Positions 53,990 through 57,990 of a DNA stretch of 57,990 nt are shown one piece after another; position 1 is the stretch's first letter, and every line of letters starts with the position of its first letter. The translations under genes were made by a program, and so were the position numbers. Under the pieces are notes generated by a model, which was not told where the DNA came from, made no database searches, and was given only the letters and a program-made list of their open reading frames with translations. The stretch is from Octopus sinensis. Lineage: Eukaryota. The stretch covers positions 1 to 57,990 of the forward strand of contig NW_021834301.1 in NCBI RefSeq assembly GCF_006345805.1, in the 5' to 3' direction.

Positions 53990-55482
53990 TCCTTGAACTT
54001 TTCCACGAAATACTTCCTCCTCTTCAACTCACTCTCCTTCGAATTTTCCAGCAAGTTCCCTCTTTTCTCCCCCTCCTTGGACTTTTCCAGGAAATTCGTC
54101 CTCCCCTTCCTCCACCTTAACTCCCCTCCTTCGAATTTTCCAGTAAGTTTCTCCCCTTCCTCCCCTCGTTGGAATTTTCTTGGAAGTTCCCCCTTTTCTC
54201 CTCCTCCTTGGAGTTTTCCAGGAAAGCCTTCCTTCCCTTACTTCCTTTCAACTCCCCCGCCTCGGAATTTTCTAGGAAGTTCCCCTTTTCTCCCCTCCTT
54301 CGACTTTTCAGGAAAGCCTTCCTTCCCTTACTTCCTTTCCCCCTCTCAGTGGAATTTTCCAGGAAGTTCCCCTTTTCCCACCCTCCTCGGCCTTTTCCAG
54401 TAAGTCCTTCCTCCCTTCCTCTCCTCAAACTTTCCCCGGAATTTGCTAGGACGTTCTCCGTTTTCTCGCCCCTCCTTGGAATTTTCCAGAAAGTACCTCT
54501 TTTCTCTCCTTTCCTGGATTTTTAAGAAGTCCTTCCTCCCCTTCCCCTCCTCTTCCTCCCACCCAGCTGCCCCTCTTTGGAATTTTCCAGGATGTTCCCC
54601 CTTAACTCACCCCTCCTTGGACTTTTCCAGAAAGTCCTTCCTCCTCTTCCTCTGCCAATCCCTTCTCATTGGAATTTTCAAGGAAGGTCCCCCTTTTCAC
54701 CCCCGACTTGGACTTTTCCAGGAAGTTTTTCTTCCCTCCGCTTCCTCCCCCTCAACTCCCCCCTTGGAGTTTTCCAGGAAGTACCACTTTTCTCCCCTTC
54801 GACTTTTACAGGAAGTCCCTCCTCCCCTCCATTCCCCTTCTTTCTCCTCAACTCGCCCCTCTTGGAATTCCAGGAATTTTCCAGGAAGTTCCCTATTTTT
54901 TCGCCCCCCCCCGAAGTTTCCAGGAAGTCCTTCCTCCTCAACTCTCTTGAAATTTTCCAGGAAGTTCCCGTTTTCTCCCCTTCTTGGACTTTTCCAGAAA
55001 GTCCTTCGTTCCCTTCTTCCTCTTCAGCTCAACATCCTTGGAATTTTGCAGAAAGTTGCTCCTTTTTCCATCTCCTTGGACTCTTCAAGGAAGTCCTTCC
55101 TCCCATCAACTCACCCGCCTATTTTCCAGGAAGTTCTCCCTTTTCTTGCAGCTTCTTGGACATTTCCGGGAAGTTCCCCTTCCTTGGACTTTTCCAGGAA
55201 GTACTTCCTCCCTTTTATCCCTATCATCCCCTTGCTCCCCATCAACTCATCCTCCTTGAAATTTTCCAGGAATTTCACACTTTTCTCGCCCATCCTTGAA
55301 CTTTTCCAGGATGTCCTTCGTCCTCTTCCTCCCCCTCAACTCCCTTTCCTTGGAAATTTCCATGAAGTTCCCCTTCCCTCGCCCTCCGACTTTTCCAGGA
55401 AGTCCTTCCTCCCCTTCCTCTCCTTTCTCTCGTCAACTTCTCCACCTTGGAATTTTCCAGGAAGTTCCTCTTTTTTCACCTA
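53990..55482. repeat. 1.5-kb pyrimidine-rich minisatellite with alternating ~30-45-bp subunits
   Basis: Recurring ccttggaattttccaggaagttccccttttctccc and ccttggacttttccaggaagtccttcctcccc. Confidence 0.92.
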
Positions 55483-55764
55483 GTCTTCCGCTCAGGGGGA
55501 GAATGTTGGTCTGCTTGCCTAACCAGCGGGGTGGCATCATTTGAAAGTTAAAACGATACAAAGCGTACTGTGACCAGCGATGTATAACACCATCAGATAG
55601 TCTGTTCGATCACGTGATGTGTGTGTGTGTGAGAGAGAGTGTGTGTGTGTGTGTGTGAGTGTGTGTGTGTGTGTGGTCTGTGTGTATCTCATCTATGATT
55701 TACTAACACTAACTTATGATTTTGTCTGTCTGTCTCTCAGTCCGTCGGCACAGCCTCTGATAAC

Positions 55765-55925
55765 TCACAGATGGTGATTCGACGATTTCTCCTCACAGCT
55801 ACACGCACATTTGCGATGTTTTTCTCAGTTCTTCTGGTTGCGGGTCTCCCAGAACGTTCGTCAATATCGGCATTTTTTCGGCCATCTTGGAAACTCGTGT
55901 ACTCGGGTTCGAATCATACACTCCG
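55765..55925 (-). pseudogene. Mariner transposase fragment, paralogue of 57720-57885
   Basis: gatggtgattcgacgattt...ggtctcccagaacgttcgtcaatatc shared between the two. Confidence 0.8.
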
Positions 55926-57257
55926 TCTGCCTTATCTCTCTGTTAGTTTCTCTCTCTATCACTCCCTATCAATGCACATTTAATTATTGGTTTGACATAC
56001 TTATCCAGCGGCATAGCTAGAGGGTGTGCTTCCCGGGGCAGAACCTGAATTTTCCTCACCTTCTCTCGGGGTCTCCAAGCTTATAAGAGCATGGACCGCA
56101 AGCTTATAATAGCCCTAGTACCGCATCGTTTTACGATATCTGCTTTGACAGGGTTTCTATGGCCGGACGCTCTTCCTAACGCCAACCACTCCACAGCGTG
56201 TAGTGGGTGCTTTTTTGTGACACCAGTACTAGTGAGGTCACCATGCAGCTTACTTATAATTGCAGACCCAAAAGAGCTGTCACCCGGGGCGGGACACTCC
56301 TTCATCCCCAGTAACTATGCTACTTCACTTGTCTAATCTGTAAGTAACCCACAATAACTTACCTATTTCTCCTTCCCTTTCTGTTCTCTCCTCCACTCTC
56401 TCTGTCATCTTTCTCAACACTTATTTATTCAACACACTGTTATTTAATCTTGATCCATAACTATAACCTCATTAAAACTTAACATTTCAGTCTTATAAAA
56501 CGCTAATCACACTTTCTTACCGCCGTTAAACAAAGCACGTAAAATGCCATATTGTTCGTTCACAAAGCGCTCGTTCTGTATATCACAAGAATGCTTCAAA
56601 ATCATTGTTCTTTCAATATTCATCCAGCCTATTTTAGAATTGGCCGATTGTCTTTCGCTCGACAGCCAACCCGCTGTGATCGATATAAATTTCTATAGAG
56701 TTTTCTTTCTCTTCGAAAAGGTTTACTATCTTTCTGGCGTGTTGGTGTCGCTCTCAAAAACAATTTTTATAAATGGCCGCTTGTTCATTTACGATTGGTC
56801 GAAGTTCAATCTATTATAACCATCTATATGATGAAATTGACTTTTCCTGTTATTAATCTGACATGCGCTATCATATCGCATCATATCTCTTCCTCTTCCT
56901 CCCCCATTCTCCTTCTATTCCTCATTCTCTCTCCGTCCCTGTTTGTGGAGCATTGAAGACAAATCAATCACTTCATATCTAATTTTGGAAAAAAATCTTT
57001 CAAAGTGGCAACGAATAGAACGGCTGGCTTTGCTTCGCACATTTTCTGCTGGAATCTCATCCTAGATGAAGACGAGCACGCTTGTATGTATGTGAGCTGT
57101 GTGCGTGTGTGAATACGCATGCGTGTATATGTATGAATGCATTATGCAATAAAAGGTGCAAATCTTTGGCGGATGTCAAGAGTCATATAAGAGCCTCACG
57201 TTGCATTACCATTAACTCATTTCAATGATTCTTTTTTGCAATGGTTTTGCTCGGAAT

Positions 57258-57885
57258 TGATCTGATCAATAAGTAACCGGGCTATTGCCATAGTAACGAA
57301 ACCAAAGCACGCAGAGTGAAGCCACTGGACACAAATTGACCTCGAATTCTGCTGTGCATGCGCACAAGTTTTATAGTTCTAGCTCACTTCCGCTGTTTAC
57401 AGCAGTGCTGGGAAGGGAGGTGTGTAGCGTGTGGTCATCACATTGGCCATGACAGAGAAAGTTGAGCAGAGAATCTGCATCAAATTTTGCCAAAAGCTTG
57501 ATGATACCTGCTCAGAGACCTACGCAAAGTTTTCAAAATGTTTTCATCGTCCTCGACACAATCAAGGAGATCTTGTGCAACTGAAACCCGGGTGTCTTTT
57601 TGGTCAGCTGAGAACAGTTTTAGCACAAACTTGGTAAGCACGCGTCTCATACCCAAATCGTCAGGGATAATGGAGTGAACTGAACCGTAAATAATCTGCA
57701 CATCTTCTGATAACCCACGGATGGTGATTCGACGATTTCCCCTCACAGCTGCACGCACATCTGCGATGTTTTTCTCATTTCTTCTGGTTGCGGGTCTCCC
57801 AGAACGTTCGTCAATATCGACATTTTTTCGGCCATCTTAGAATCGTCTGAACTACTCGTACTCTTGTGTTGCGGTTCATACACTC
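57258..57885. mobile_element. Mariner element with internally inverted transposase
   Basis: Plus strand MTEKVEQRICIKFCQKL..SETYAK (57449-57528); minus strand DERSGRP..VRGNRRITIR..VHSII..LGMRRV..KFV. Confidence 0.85.
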
Positions 57886-57990
57886 GAAATGCTTAGCAGT
57901 ACTTCGTGTACCGTTACGTTCTGAGTTCAAATTCCGCCAAGCTCGACTTTGCCGTTCATCCTTTCGAGGTCGATAAATAAAGTACCAGTT
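57886..57990 (+). mobile_element. SINE family B, partial (window edge)
   Basis: gaaatgcttagc..gagttcaaattcc..tcctttcgaggtcgataaataaagtaccag. Confidence 0.8.

Noticed and set aside
53990-55482. CRISPR-like repeat-spacer appearance
   Set aside because: Spacers are homologous to one another, repeats are degenerate, there are no cas genes and the context is eukaryotic.
54443-55483. 346-aa and 240-aa ORFs
   Set aside because: Minisatellite-derived; several frames are open, as expected from composition.
56007-56324. Possible old hAT-like MITE (also single ends at ~36860 and ~51044)
   Set aside because: TIR matches are short and degenerate with no clear 8-bp TSD; too weak to list as features.

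Overview
Repeat-saturated, AT-rich eukaryotic non-coding DNA (large intron or intergenic region). The SINE families and microsatellite load resemble octopus genomes; this is recall and inference, not a database result. I recognise no host protein-coding exon, rRNA, true tRNA or CRISPR array, and most listed ORFs are artefacts of (TA)n, (CA)n, (TACA)n, (AAT)n, (CAT)n and (GAA)n tracts. The real coding remnants are all transposon-derived: two frameshifted CR1/Jockey-group LINE RT fragments, a Penelope-like element (RT + GIY-YIG), an L1/Tx1-like LINE (ORF1 with zinc knuckle + APE start), two Dong/R4-like endonuclease ends, two RTE 3' ends and several mariner remnants. At least four tRNA-derived SINE families are scattered throughout. 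The most notable patterns are: (1) an internally deleted Tx1-like LINE inserted with a target-site duplication into a SINE tRNA-like head, whose 3' tail is shared with a Nin/Deu-domain SINE that shows the same head junction three times; (2) about eight minimal hammerhead-ribozyme motifs, several in inverted-repeat Penelope-type termini; (3) a ~550-bp non-coding element tied to (AAT)n tracts and sitting next to Dong/R4-like ends; (4) a TIR element carrying octamer+CCAAT motifs; (5) a 1.5-kb minisatellite dense in Rel/NF-kB- and STAT-like sites.
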